Source: Rhodosorus marinus CCMP1338
Lineage: Eukaryota > Plantae > Rhodophyta
Assembly (NCBI GenBank): GCA_029953675.1
Contig: JAMWBK010000010.1
Coordinates: 1,364,001 to 1,428,000, forward strand
Length of the DNA: 64,000 bases
Direction: 5' to 3'
In this document: in pieces, positions 11,585 through 23,379 of the stretch
Position numbering within the stretch: the first letter of the stretch is position 1
How the letters are laid out: each line of letters opens with the position of its first letter
The notes under the pieces: model-generated
The model's database searches: none
What the model saw: the letters and a program-made list of their open reading frames with translations, nothing else
What the model was told of the DNA's origin: nothing
Program-made: the position numbers and the translations under genes

Positions 11585-12830
11585 ATGTCGCACTGGGTGA
11601 ACCCTGAGTTTCCTGTGACCACCGAGGGTGGTGATAAGGTCCGTGTCTTGGTTACTGGAGCTGGTGGATTCATCGGATCTCATCTTGCGAAGAAGCTGAA
11701 GAGCCTTGGATACCACGTTGTTGCCGCTGATTGGAAGGAGAATGAGTACATGAAGCAGGAGGACTTCTGCGATGAGTTCATGTTGGTCGATCTCCGCAAG
11801 ATGGAGAACTGCGTCAAGTCCGTTGAGGGCTGCAGAGATGGTAAGCAGGATCGCGTTTGCTCCTCCACGTAGATCTGCCCCTATTGACGCTGAGTTTCAC
11901 TCTTGCCGTTCCCAGTATACAACCTTGCCGCTGACATGGGGGGTATGGGCTTCATCCAGTCGAACCACTCTGTGATTATGTACAACAATACTCTGATCTC
12001 CTTCAACATGCTCGAGGCTGGACGTATCGGAGGTGTTTCCCGCTTCTACTATGCATCGTCAGCATGCATCTACCCTGAAGGTCGCCAGCTGGACCCGAAA
12101 AATCCTGGCCTCAAGGAATCCGATGCCTGGCCAGCTCAGCCCCAGGACGCCTATGGCCTTGAGAAGCTCGCGTCGGAGGAGCTTGCGATCCATTACGCAA
12201 AGGTAGGTGGAGGGTTTGCAGACCGGGCGTAATTGAATTGGCGATCTAATCGGTCTTCATTTCTGTGATTCGTCGCACTAGGACTTCAACATGCTCACGA
12301 GAATTGGACGATTCCACAACATCTACGGTCCGTTCGGAACCTGGAAGGGTGGACGTGAGAAGGCGCCGGCTGCCTTCTGCAGAAAGTGCCTCTCCTCTGA
12401 CAAGGAATTCGAAATGTGGGGCGATGGAGAGCAGACACGATCTTTCTGCTTTGTCGATGACGCCGTTGAGGGTGTCATCCGGCTGATGAACTCTGACTTC
12501 ACGGACCCGCTTAACGTGGGATCTGAGGAGATGGTGTCCATGAACGGTATGGCTGATCTCGTCATGTCCTACGAGGGCAAGAAGCTGGAGATCAAACACA
12601 TTCCTGGACCCGAGGGAGTGCGAGGCCGAAACTCCAACAACGACCTTTGCCGCAAGGTCCTTGGATGGGCTCCGGGTATTTCCCTGAAGGATGGGCTGAA
12701 CATTACCTACGACTGGATCAAGAGCCAGATTGAAGAAGAGAAGGCCTCTGGTGTCGCCAACGACTACTCATCATCGAAGGTTGTTGCTACCCATGCACCC
12801 ACTGATTCTAAGGCGGCCAAGAGGAAGTGA
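11585..12830 (+). CDS. GME: GDP-mannose 3',5'-epimerase. Exons 11585-11840, 11916-12202, 12282-12830
   Basis: VLVTGAGGFIGSH, YNLAADMGGMGFIQSNHSVIMYNN, YYASSACIYPE, AYGLEKLASE, RFHNIYGPFGTWKGGREKAPAAFCRK, EGVRGRNS. Two canonical introns. Confidence 0.97.
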
Positions 12831-13617
12831 TTTGTATTCTCGTAGCGCGTTGTCCCTGGAAGCTTTCGCTGTCGTTGAGCCAACTTTCTCGAAGCAGCCA
12901 GCTCCCGATGGGTGGCTCTAGTAGATCTCTTGGTTCTCTGCTTCGTCAAAACCACTTCATATGAGTAGGCGAGAAACCGAAATAAACGATGCAATGCCTG
13001 GCTTTTGTTGTTAAGTCAATCCGAGCTCTCCCAGGTGCATGTCTGGATCATGCCAACCAAACGCACGTATCAGGCCTCATAAAATACCCCACGCAAAACG
13101 CTTCCCAGTTCTACAGCTCAATGTTGGTTCTTATGTGGGTCCTAAATTTCACATGGATATACAGTTAAGGAGTCGGACGCAAGGTTAGTTCTCCTTTTTT
13201 CAGATCTGCTGTTCCAAACCCACTCTTCCAAGCTGTCACCAGGGGATGGACAGACCAGACCAATCTACGTCATGAACCGTGGTCATGTTCGATGACAAGC
13301 CTATGAGGCGACGACAAGCTCGCAACGTTTCGCATGGTTTAGGATCCCATGGACATTGTCGTGCGTTCACGCCAGCGCAAGATTTTGGTAGCTCCGACAT
13401 CTAGGGGTAGTTCCTGACGACGAGGTAAACGAGTGAGTACGCGGTGAGTAGTGTGCGAGCTGCGGGAAACGCGTGATCTGGTAGTGGGAGCCTTGACTGG
13501 CAAGAAGGCGCAGACTCTGTTAAGAAAGCTCGCCTTGTATGAAGGAATGAAGAATCTTAGATTCAGACATCTGACTGGAATGGATGCTCGTAGGGCGGTG
13601 AGAGCTGTCCGCTGAGG

Positions 13618-15141
13618 ATGTCAATTGTACAGGGGAAGGGTGGAAGCCTTGTTCCTCTGGCTCCAAAAGGAATTGGATGGAATCTGATAAAGGCAACACT
13701 TGGAAAGACAGGAGCAGCGGCGAAGTTGAAGGAGCGGGAAACTGAAGAGGGAAGGATTCGAAGAGAACGGGACGCTCTAGTTCGTTATAAAGAGCTGGTT
13801 CTTCAGAACTCACACTATCCTGAATCAGCACTTATCTATGCGTCATGGCTTCCCTGGGGAAGGAGAAAACTGTGTCAAGAGGCTATGTTGAAACTGCCAA
13901 TGAGACCAACCTCGAAGGATCACGACTATTACGTTTCCATCCTGGAGAGAGTTGGCGCCGCAGAGCTGCTCTACTTTCATGCGATGAGGCAAGCAGAACC
14001 CAACTTGAGGCTGTGGACAAAGGTTTTCACCGCACTAGCAAACCGCCGGTCGGACTTGTCCTATGTCGGCCTAATCGCTGAGCTGGAGGCCGCTGGCTTA
14101 GAACCCACTCCTATAGCCTATTCGACTTTCCTCCATTTGGCTCGTAGCTCTAAGAACTACGAGATAGTTGAGAAGCTTTTCTACCGGATGAACCGACGGA
14201 ATATCACGATTACGAACGATACTGCTGTGCCAGTAATCGGTGCGTTCATGATGACTGGGAGGCCCAAAGCAGCAGTGAAAGTCCTTAGAATGCTGGAAAG
14301 CCCAGACGCCAGGGTGATCGAGACTGTCATGCACGGTCTGATTCGCAATGACAAATATTGGGCAGCGATGAAGTATTTCGACTACGCGATGTCCCATGAG
14401 ATTCCATTGGACAGTGGGCTGTACAACGCTGGAATTGAGGCTTGCATCGCTGGCGGAAGATGGGACCGCGTTGTGGAGATCGTGGACGATGCCATGATTC
14501 GAGAGGACGTCGTGCTGAGTGACAAGTCCCTCCTGTACGGAATGAAGGCTTTTGCAACAATTGGGGATGTGACGAATGTCCAAACACTATTCGGCAAGGC
14601 CTTGGCTAGAAGGGATCGTGTCACCAACCGTCATTTTCAGATCCTCGCGGAGGGGTATTGCAATAGGGGATTGATCCGAGGTTGCTACTCGTACCTGAGA
14701 ATGTTCATTCGGGCAACTACTAGGATTAAGAAGACAAGGAGTACTCATAACGTTGACGCGACCTGTTTCAATGTCATGATTCAGGAGTGCTTGCTTCGGA
14801 ACGACCTGGCTCTAGGTCTGAGCCTTGGTCAGAAGATGAGAGCCCTCGGCATTGAGCACGACATAGAAACTAGGAGGCTCTTGCGCGATGTCGAGAGACT
14901 TCGCGATGAGGAGAACCAGAAAGGTACGGAGTCGGATGCAACTCCAGAGCGCCCGGAACCTGCAACCGAGAGTGGTATTTTGCACCAGCCGCATATTCCT
15001 TTTGTTCCGAGCCACATCGAGAAGCTGCTACGGGAGCAGGAATACTCTATGGGAGGGGAGAAGCAGAAGAAAATTCCGCGTAGAAGGTTAAGACGGGACG
15101 CCAATACCGACAATCTGGAGCCACCGCGGAGGCTGCCTTGA
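13618..15141 (+). CDS. Pentatricopeptide-repeat (PPR) protein, single exon, 507 aa
   Basis: Tandem ~35-aa helical repeats with PPR signature, e.g. PTPIAYSTFLHLARSSKNYEIVEKLFYRMNRRNI, YNAGIEACIAGGRWDRVVEIVDDA, FNVMIQECLLRNDLALGLSLGQKMRALGIEHD. Confidence 0.82.
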   Translation: MSIVQGKGGSLVPLAPKGIGWNLIKATLGKTGAAAKLKERETEEGRIRRERDALVRYKELVLQNSHYPESALIYASWLPWGRRKLCQEAMLKLPMRPTSKDHDYYVSILERVGAAELLYFHAMRQAEPNLRLWTKVFTALANRRSDLSYVGLIAELEAAGLEPTPIAYSTFLHLARSSKNYEIVEKLFYRMNRRNITITNDTAVPVIGAFMMTGRPKAAVKVLRMLESPDARVIETVMHGLIRNDKYWAAMKYFDYAMSHEIPLDSGLYNAGIEACIAGGRWDRVVEIVDDAMIREDVVLSDKSLLYGMKAFATIGDVTNVQTLFGKALARRDRVTNRHFQILAEGYCNRGLIRGCYSYLRMFIRATTRIKKTRSTHNVDATCFNVMIQECLLRNDLALGLSLGQKMRALGIEHDIETRRLLRDVERLRDEENQKGTESDATPERPEPATESGILHQPHIPFVPSHIEKLLREQEYSMGGEKQKKIPRRRLRRDANTDNLEPPRRLP

Positions 15142-15973
15142 TGGGTCTTGAGGTTTATTTAAAATTCATTTGCCACTCATTATTAACATGATCAACAGCA
15201 CCTATTGTATGAATGAAAGAAAAACGTCTTGCGTACTTCAGCTGCTTTTGAAGACTACGGCTGTGCGTCAGCAGCGCGTAATACAATTTCGTAGTGCCTC
15301 TGTCCCCGTCGAGCTTGTTTGCTGAGTCGTACCGTTCCACTGACCTGAAAGTCAACTCCTCAATGGACCTGGAAGCTACTCCTTTCTGCGAAATCTTTTT
15401 TTTGGATAACCATCAAAAAACTACAAAAAAACACAAACACTGAGTGAAAGCCCCACCAACCCATCAATCAGAACTGTCCCAAACAATACCGTTCAAGCAA
15501 CCGTGCCTGTCCCATGGGACAGCAGCCAGCTCAGATATATTTGGACAATCTGTCCTCTACTAGAACTTCAAAAATTTATTCAACCTATATTCAGTCATTA
15601 TATCTATATACAATCATTATTGTTCTATATTGATTGTAGTGGAGATTATATTACGAGAATTTGTATCTAGGTGGTGCTCGATTTTTTTATATTTCATGGT
15701 GGATTTTCTTCAGTGGCGACGGCGATCATGGAACGCCGGGGCCGGAGGAAGGGGAAATTGGTATTATATTTTGAGGTGAGGATCGTTGATTTTGACATTG
15801 TTTTGAAGGGTTTTCCCTGAAGAGCGAAGAAATTTGCGTCTTGAGGACAGGGTTGGGGAAGCGGAGGACTGAGGTGTGGGGAGGTAAGCGGCGGTGGTGT
15901 AGGTGGTTGGTGGGGATAGGGGAGTTGCGAAGACAGTTTTTATTTGTTTCGTTTGCTCAGTTTCTCTGCAAGG

Positions 15974-16666
15974 ATGACTGATATTCAGGTATTTATTTTC
16001 TTCTTCTCCAAGGTCCTTTTTGGTTTTGGTGTCCTGGTGCCCTAGTTTGTTGTTGTGGGAGGGAATGATGTACTGAGATGGTTTGGATTTCGTTTTGTTT
16101 GTTTTTTGCGGTTTGCAGACGGAGAAAGCTTTCCAGAAGCAGGATGCTATATCTCTGGTAGGTTCTGGTAAGAGCAGGAAGGGTAGGTGGTACAAGAACA
16201 TTGGTCTCGGGATCAAGACCCCGAAGGAAGCCACAGAAGGCGACTACGTGGACAAGAAGTGTCCTTTCACTGGGAATGTATCTATTCGAGGGAGAATCAT
16301 TCGAGGCTATGTCATATCAACGAAAATGAAGAGGACGATTATCGTGCGCCGTGATTATCTCCACTGGATTAGAAAGTACAAGCGTTTCGAGAAGAGACAT
16401 AGAAACATTCCGGTTCATTGCTCTCCAGCGTTCCGTGTGCGGGACGGAGATCTGGTGACGATTGGAGAGTGCAGACCTATCTCGAAGACGGTAAGTGGGC
16501 TCGCGGACGCGGACGTTGGGAGACGAGATATAACAAGGGGCCCATTGATTCCGGTTTCTCACGTATGTTTCCGCTTTGACTGCAGGTGCGTTTCAATGTT
16601 CTGAAAATCGACAAGCAGACTACGACCGCTGATTCCGGAAAGAAGACATTCACTGGTGGTTTGTAA
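15974..16666 (+). CDS. RPS11: 40S ribosomal protein S11 (uS17). Exons 15974-15988, 16119-16490, 16586-16666
   Basis: MTDIQ|[69 protein letters not shown]|VRFNVLK. Confidence 0.97.
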
Positions 16667-18246
16667 AGCGAGAAGCGGTTTTAGAAATGTGGTCGTGAGA
16701 ATAAACTAAGATTTGATTGCAAGGATGTGTGCTGGTATGTTGATGGGAATGCAGTGCGTTGCCTTTTTTTACGAAACGGGGAATATGCATCAGAAATCCA
16801 CGCATTCGCGAACGCTCACTGTGGCATGTCATTCGCCACGGCGACGAGGCCGGAGTGGTTGCTGCTGGGGTGTGCTAGTTCCAGACACTGCTATCGAAGA
16901 ACACAACCTTGGAATTCAACGGTGCCGATGTATTGTGGTACCACACAGGGCCAGCATTAGTTATTGTAGCACTTGGTGGTGTTGTTTTCTGACACCAGTT
17001 CCCCGACGACTTTGACGGTGACTAAGTCCGTCCATGTTGTGCCGGGACTTATCTCCGCCAACGGCTGAACTCGTTCTAGTGCGGAATGTGCACAAATCAT
17101 TCATGTCACACGCTCTCCGTACCAATAGCGGCACGAGAAAGCGCTTTCTGTTGAAGCTGAAGACTGCTAGCATGGCTTGGAGTGCCCGTCGGTCTTCTTC
17201 CTTCGCATATTCTCAAAATCAAGAATCAGTAAGAGCGCACCTCCGATAACAGTCATAGTCCTGATCCCCTCACATCTCTCGGCAAACACGTAACAGCTGA
17301 TTTACGTAAGAGAGGCTTAGGATGTAGGGATTCTGATTCGAAGAAACACATCTGAGATCGGATGGAGAGCAGCACGAGAATTTATGAAAGAGGAGTGCTG
17401 TAATTGGAAGCGGTAGAACCTTCTCGGCTGCGGATTGTCTAGGGACCACCTAGGTTGTGTTTGTGTTGCTTGAGTCAACGCTCCTCTGGACGAACGAGCG
17501 GAAAAGAACTAAACGCCGTCTATAATTCCCCCTTCGGGACGTTCTACAAACGATCGTGAGTATCGAGTTCGGCAAACATGACGAAATGAACAGTTCACGG
17601 AGATTGCCGGTGTTGTACTCGAGCTGGCGGCCGGAGAAGCTGCAGTTCACACAATGCCTAATATTCTGCTGAAAATATTTCCGACTTAATGCACCCTACT
17701 CGGCATACATGCTGCACTCCTGATATCCTCGACTGCTGAAAGAGTGGACAACTCTGGGATTTGTGTTGCGGGGGCAGTAAAGGTTACGATTACACAAACG
17801 TACAACTATTACTGCCTTCCGTGGGGAACCGCTGGCGGTGCAGTTGCCATTATAACACTTCAAAAAGAAGCCACGTAGACGGGAGGGCTTCGTCTACCCG
17901 CCAATTCGAGAATCGGCTTTAGCTCATCACCTGGTACCCTTGGCTATTGAGTGTTTCGGATGCATGGGCTATGTTTCTTCCCGTTGCTTCGCGAATGTTC
18001 CGATAGCAACCAGACCGCTCACCTCGATGCTACCCGTTCGAGTTGTCCGTTGTGTCCTGTGAATACCACTTTGATATTGGAGGGGTAACGATTTACGCCT
18101 TCAGTGTCTCGGTTTCCAGGGGAACCTGGAGGAGAACCCCTGGAGGTTCTTTCGCCTGCGAGCACACACCTCCCTGGAACAGCCATCGCCATGCAAAAAT
18201 TGCGGCACTCCCACCTGAAGGGGTACTCCCTGAAATAATACGAGAA

Positions 18247-18770
18247 TAAAAAAGTGTAAAAAGTGTGAAAGAGCGTGAAACGTGAAAAAGAGGAAAAAAT
18301 AGTGGAAAAAGCGTAAGATTATAAAACAAATTACAAAAATGTCATTGGATTGGATTACTACTAGCTCCGAGTTTCCTAATACCGGCCTGCATCTCATGTG
18401 AGCTTTTCAAGAGTTCCAGATTGTCATGAAATCTGCGTCGGTCGAATTGATCAGTACCGAGACGACCATTTTCACAGTAAATGCACAAAAAACTAAAAAC
18501 ATCTAGATCTACGGAGCGGACGTTTCATATCGATTCTGATTGGAAGGCTTTTGAAATATTATGGTCAACGTCCGTACATAAAGGGACTATTCTAGGATCA
18601 ATTGGTCTTGGATATAGTTCAAGCCCATAAAAAAAGTATAAAAAGAATTTAAAAAAGGAAAAAAGTATTTAAAATATTAAAAAGCGTTGAAATGAACACA
18701 CTTTCACGGATAAAAAATGTAAAAATGCAAAAAAGCGTAAAACAAAATATTAAAAAGTGTAAAATTCTCA
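18247..18770. repeat. Two blocks of degenerate A-rich iterations (AAAAAG[T/C]GT-like)
   Basis: 18247-18342 and ~18628-18770 both consist of aaaaagtgt/aaaaagcgt/aaaaagtat variants on the + strand. Confidence 0.6.
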
Positions 18771-19109
18771 GAAGAGCCGCACAGGACAATTGGAGTCACC
18801 CCGTCACACCCCCTCTTGTATGAGCTAGCAGCCAAGGTATAAGCTTCGGCACTACGCTTGAGTGCTTCACAGTGAAAACGAGAACTTTCCATCGACCTTT
18901 CGTATGAAAGAGTCTTGGCGTTTAGGAGCAGTGACCTGCAGGGAAGGATCTGTGGAAACAAAATTCAGGGAATTTTTCGAATCATCTTTTTCGCGTTGAA
19001 CAAGAGCTTGGGACATAGTCAGTTTCAAACGGAGATAGAGGAATCCGTTTGTGAGCTTGTGCGATCATCCGTTCGAGCGTGAAGCCGATAAGTCAATGCA
19101 CCTGATTCA

Positions 19110-20240
19110 GTGACAGCATCCAGTTCTATTGAACTTGGTAGCGGACAAGCTTTCCAGTCTCGGCGGGCTGTCCATATGGCAGTGAAATTGTCTTGGAACC
19201 GTGCACACCAACGTCTTCCAGAGAAGTCGTCGCTTTGTTACTATACACATCAGAACGCTACATGTGGCACGTTGCAAGGCTCAGTCTCATTCCGTCTTGA
19301 ATTCGTGCCTGGACCTGGAGCCGTCGATTTCCAACCCCGCTCAGAGAAGGTCAGTCGTGAGGGTGGGACTCAGTTTTGGCGCAAAAAGCAGCCATAAGTT
19401 GAGTCCGGAATGTACAAAGAATCTATGGATGATGATCCGCAAAGATCATCGTTGGAAAATGGGTAAAAAGGAAAAGGCTTCGAAAGACGCTCAGCTTGTA
19501 GCGGTCAAACCACCCGAAAACCACTACACACAAGAATGATTGGCCGCGATAGTGGATGGGCGTTGGCTATCAATGACATGTGACCTCGCAAAAAAAAACA
19601 ATTTAGTTCCCCATCGCGAATTGAGCTGGCGAAGGATTTTGGCCCTTCCAGGAGCTATGCCGACCAGTTCTTAGCTCCCTTTTCTCATCCCCGACACATG
19701 CGTCGAGCAAAAGATCCATATTCATATCAAATATTGCTATACATTTCCCTCTGACACTATAGACAACAGCTGTGTAAGTAATTCCAGAACAAACTCAGAA
19801 ATACTTACGATGATCACGCACTACATGTCAACCACCCCTTCCGAGATCTCGGTACCAAGAAGAAATCAAGTACACATGTTGATCGCTTGTTACTTTCTTT
19901 AATAGCTTTTGATTACGCCGAAAGGGTTGGGAGGAAGATGATTAATTTTGGTCTAGGAGCGATGGAGCTCGGGATTGTACTTTACGGACGACGCAATTCG
20001 CGGCGTTGGGGTCTTTTAATACCTCAACGAACGTGTAGTTGCTGCTCTCTTTGCTCTTTCTGTGAAAGATGTTCATGGTTTGTGTGGCACCGGTGATCGA
20101 TGACTCATCACGTCGAGAAGACTTAACTGGAGATGTAGTGCTTACTCAAGAGTGCATTGTTGACAACCTCGCACGCTGCTCTAAAGCGCAAGTCCTTGTG
20201 GGGAGATGGCAAGCATACTCGAAGAACCTGCTAAATTCGA
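19110..20240 (+). mobile_element. Possible decayed Mutator-like (MULE/FAR1-type) transposase
   Basis: Broken frames give, in the expected order, ELGSGQAFQSRRAVHMAV (cf. MuDR LxVGQxFxS), RRSVVRVGLSFGAK...HKLSP (cf. RxSxRxGCxF...HNHxL), GVGVF*YLNERVVAALFAL (cf. VGVDxNxxxxxxAFAL) and KAQVLVGRWQAYSKNL (cf. HRLCxWHIxKNL). Similarity is weak and judged by eye. Confidence 0.3.
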
Positions 20241-20421
20241 CAGGGGGAGGGTTCAAGCCTCGCGCTGCTCCGAGTAAGGAGGAGCTGCCATCCCCTTGTC
20301 ACTTAATAAAATTGAGTATCCGGCCTTCAAGGCGATTGTCAAAGAGCGGTGTTGGCTGTTCGAGACCGCTTTAGACTCGTAGTAAGATACAGCTTTGAAA
20401 TTTGCCCTCTACTTTTCACAA

Positions 20422-20460
20422 GAAATTAACGCCACTGGAAACTCCAGTGGCGGTAATTTC
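20422..20460. repeat. Near-perfect inverted repeat (17 of 18 bp stem, 3-nt loop)
   Basis: GAAATTA-A-CGCCACTGGA-AAC-TCCAGTGGCG-G-TAATTTC. Confidence 0.9.
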
Positions 20461-21262
20461 ACAACGATCACGGCGTGCTTGCTCAGCTGTTCCTCAACAG
20501 TAGCGGTCAAGTTCTCTTACTCGTGCGAGACTTGCGCTTTTGCTACCGCCTCAGAAATTAACAGGATAGTCCTCCGAGGAATAGGGCACTAGTTGCGGCG
20601 TCCTTGCGTTATCCCTTGTGTTGTGTTAGAACACAGACGCGACCTATTGGGATGCGCAACCAAAAAAAAGTTCTCATTGAATTTTCTTCAATAAAACAAT
20701 CCCAATCAAATGCTAAATGTAAAAACAAAGCTTTTCCCCATATTCCCAAGAAGACGTACGAGCCTCTGATTGAAGCATTTTCTGCTGAAGCAATAATACG
20801 CTATAAGCTGTATGAATATTAGATTCTTCCGAGGAAGTAAAACGATCCGATCCGTAAATCCTGAGCTGCTTCTTCCCCTAGGTAGGGGTTCTCAAAGCAA
20901 AGCTTTAGCGATCGCTTGTCCCTCGAGGCCATAAACCAGACATCGATCCAAGTTTCTTTCTCCGCCACTCGGAAAATACATCGTTTTACAAAATATTTGC
21001 AGGAACGCTTTCGTGCATGACAATTCACTGCCAACATTCCATCTCTGCCGTCAACCTAAAGTTCCCGCCATTTCTTATGATCTTGTTCCCATGGACGCGT
21101 TTCCCCTCGGAAATTGGCTAGGACGTTCAGACCAATTGCACAATGGCGGAAGATTATTAATTTGAATTGCCCACAATAGGGGTCAGGGATCAATACCAGG
21201 CCCCGATTCTTTCCCTAGTCACGCCAAAAAAAAGTGGGTCCAGGATCCCCCCCCCACCCGTC

Positions 21263-21373
21263 GGAACTTTTTCTCTAGAATGCTGGTGAATGTTGAATTG
21301 ACCGCTAATTTGCACTCTCGTGGGAACCTTTTTTCTAGAATGCCGGGGAACGCTGAACTGAGCGCTAATTTGC
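21263..21373. repeat. Degenerate tandem direct repeat, 60-bp period, about 1.85 copies
   Basis: ggaactttttctctagaatgctggtgaatgttgaattgaccgctaatttgc vs ggaaccttttttctagaatgccggggaacgctgaactgagcgctaatttgc, offset exactly 60 nt. Confidence 0.85.
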
Positions 21374-23379
21374 GATGTGGTATTTTAACCGCCTGAGTTG
21401 ATAGTTGAGAAGCGATACTGCATGTACTGCAACCAAATTTAGAAGTTGTCATGTGCCCCTTTTTTCCCCTTTTTGAGAAACCGAAAACTAGAATAGAATA
21501 TGGGAGTTTCAGGCATAAATTTGGAACTAGTATTTGTGATCGTGGCTACTAGAATGCGGCTAAACAAATGGGAGCAAGAGTCCAAAACCTGGGGTTTGGA
21601 CTCAGCTGATATTTTTAGATAATTATATAGCTTTCAGCAACTTTCAGCAAATCATCGCACGGAAAGCTTGAAATTCTGGTGGGTGAAATCATGCACCCAC
21701 CCCTACCGCGCTCAAATCGCCTACACATCGCCGAAAAGAAGCTGACAAAGGACAACACACGCCCTCAGTGCTCTTATCGATCGTATTCTAAACTCCTTTT
21801 TTTTCCGTTGTCCCACATCTGGCTATCGATACTTTACTGGACCACAAGAAAGTTCGGAGAGACATTACAAAAACAATCATCACCAGGGGTTGATTCTTCT
21901 CATCACAACACTAAAGGCTTGCAAGTTCCATTGATTACAACACGTTGATCCTAGTTTTGTTCAACCGGGTCTACGATAAAATTTATTCTTCCGTTTTTCA
22001 TATTTCTTTTCTTCGAAGATATAGAAGATTTATCCAGCAAAAACTCGAAACATTATCCAATGGGCATTCTTGTAAGTTCTCCTGTATATGAAAACCCAAG
22101 AATCTACCAATACGCCCCATTTAGTCCCCCCTTTTTGAAGAGCGGGAAGTCATGAGCGTTGTGCCATCTCAGATCCTCACTTCGACACCCTGCTCTGAAA
22201 AACATTCAATATTTTACTGCCTATCGCCCATTTTGTTCTCATTTTTCAACATATTTTCTGAGGTTCCACTCAGGAGACATAGAAATCTTCCAATGAATTT
22301 ATATCCAATCATGATCCTCTGGACAGGTCGATCAACCAACCGAGAGCGTTTATGGTAATTTTATTTTACTAGACATATTTTGTCTATACGATACGCTCTT
22401 GCCTGATAATAATAATAAATAATCTGATGAAAACCCTCAAAATTTTGAATTTTTTAGTACTGGAATTTCTTCCTTACGGGGCGATCTTGTCCTTTTCCCT
22501 TGCTTTCTTCCTCTGAAAAGAAAAAGAGGTAGGGGAATTATGCGCGTGTTCTAACAAAACAAAAAAAATAAAAAAACCCCGTTCTAAGTAAAAGGGCAAA
22601 AAACTCCTTTTGCCTCCTGAATGTCTTTAACTTTTTTGAATGCTCAAATGACACAAATCCGCGGAGCACATCTATTTGTTTTGTTTTTTGGATATTTCCT
22701 TGCAGTTATAGGCTTTTTGGTATGCTTTGAGGGGTATTTTTTTATTCTTTTGGAATTTGTTAAGGAGGGGGGGGGGGATGGTGGATAGGCTGGATTTGTT
22801 CACCTTTTTAGAGTTTTTGGAGGGGTTAGTGAGCATCAAGTTTCAAATTTCTATCTTTGTGATGGGAGGAAAAGGGGCACGTAGGCGGAAAAGGCTTTGT
22901 GACGTGTGAAACTTTGTTCGGAAACGGGAGCGTGGGAGGGGGTGGAAACTGGAAAATCAAGAACTTGCTGATTGAAACGGGTGTTCGCAGTGAGTATGGA
23001 TGTGTGTTAGGTTAGATTAGGTTTGAGGTGGTTACCATTGTTGTTTTCGCAAAGGTTAGTCCGCTGTCAGTAGGCGTTTTCTTGATGATTCGGAATGTGT
23101 TTCGAGTTGAGAGTTTGTCATCTAGGGAGAGCTTGAGATTGTCATAGGAGAACGGTTGTCGGTTGAGTCGTGTGAGTGGGGTTTTTCGGAGGTCCGACTT
23201 TTGGAGGGGGGAGGTTCTGGGAAACTTCTGAGGGAGCAGGCGTGAGCTAGTAAGGGAACTGCAGATGCGCTTCTGTAGGGAAGTCTCGTATGGATGTAGG
23301 ATTCGCGAAGAGAAGGAACGTATTTGGTAATAGAACCAACGGATCAGCACGAAACGGCACTGCACGAGGAGTTGAAACG

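Noticed and set aside
15507-15522. 16-bp perfect palindrome as a stand-alone regulatory site
   Set aside because: About one such palindrome is expected by chance in 64 kb (4^-8 per position); mentioned only as context for the micro-ORF.
18049-18800. Possible terminal inverted repeats (TGTCCTGTG / CACAGGACA)
   Set aside because: Only a 9-bp match; neighbouring similar blocks are in the wrong order for TIRs and no TSD is evident.
20395-20592. Tc1/IS630-like VVKLPP on the minus strand
   Set aside because: A single short motif in a stop-interrupted frame, with no DDE context.
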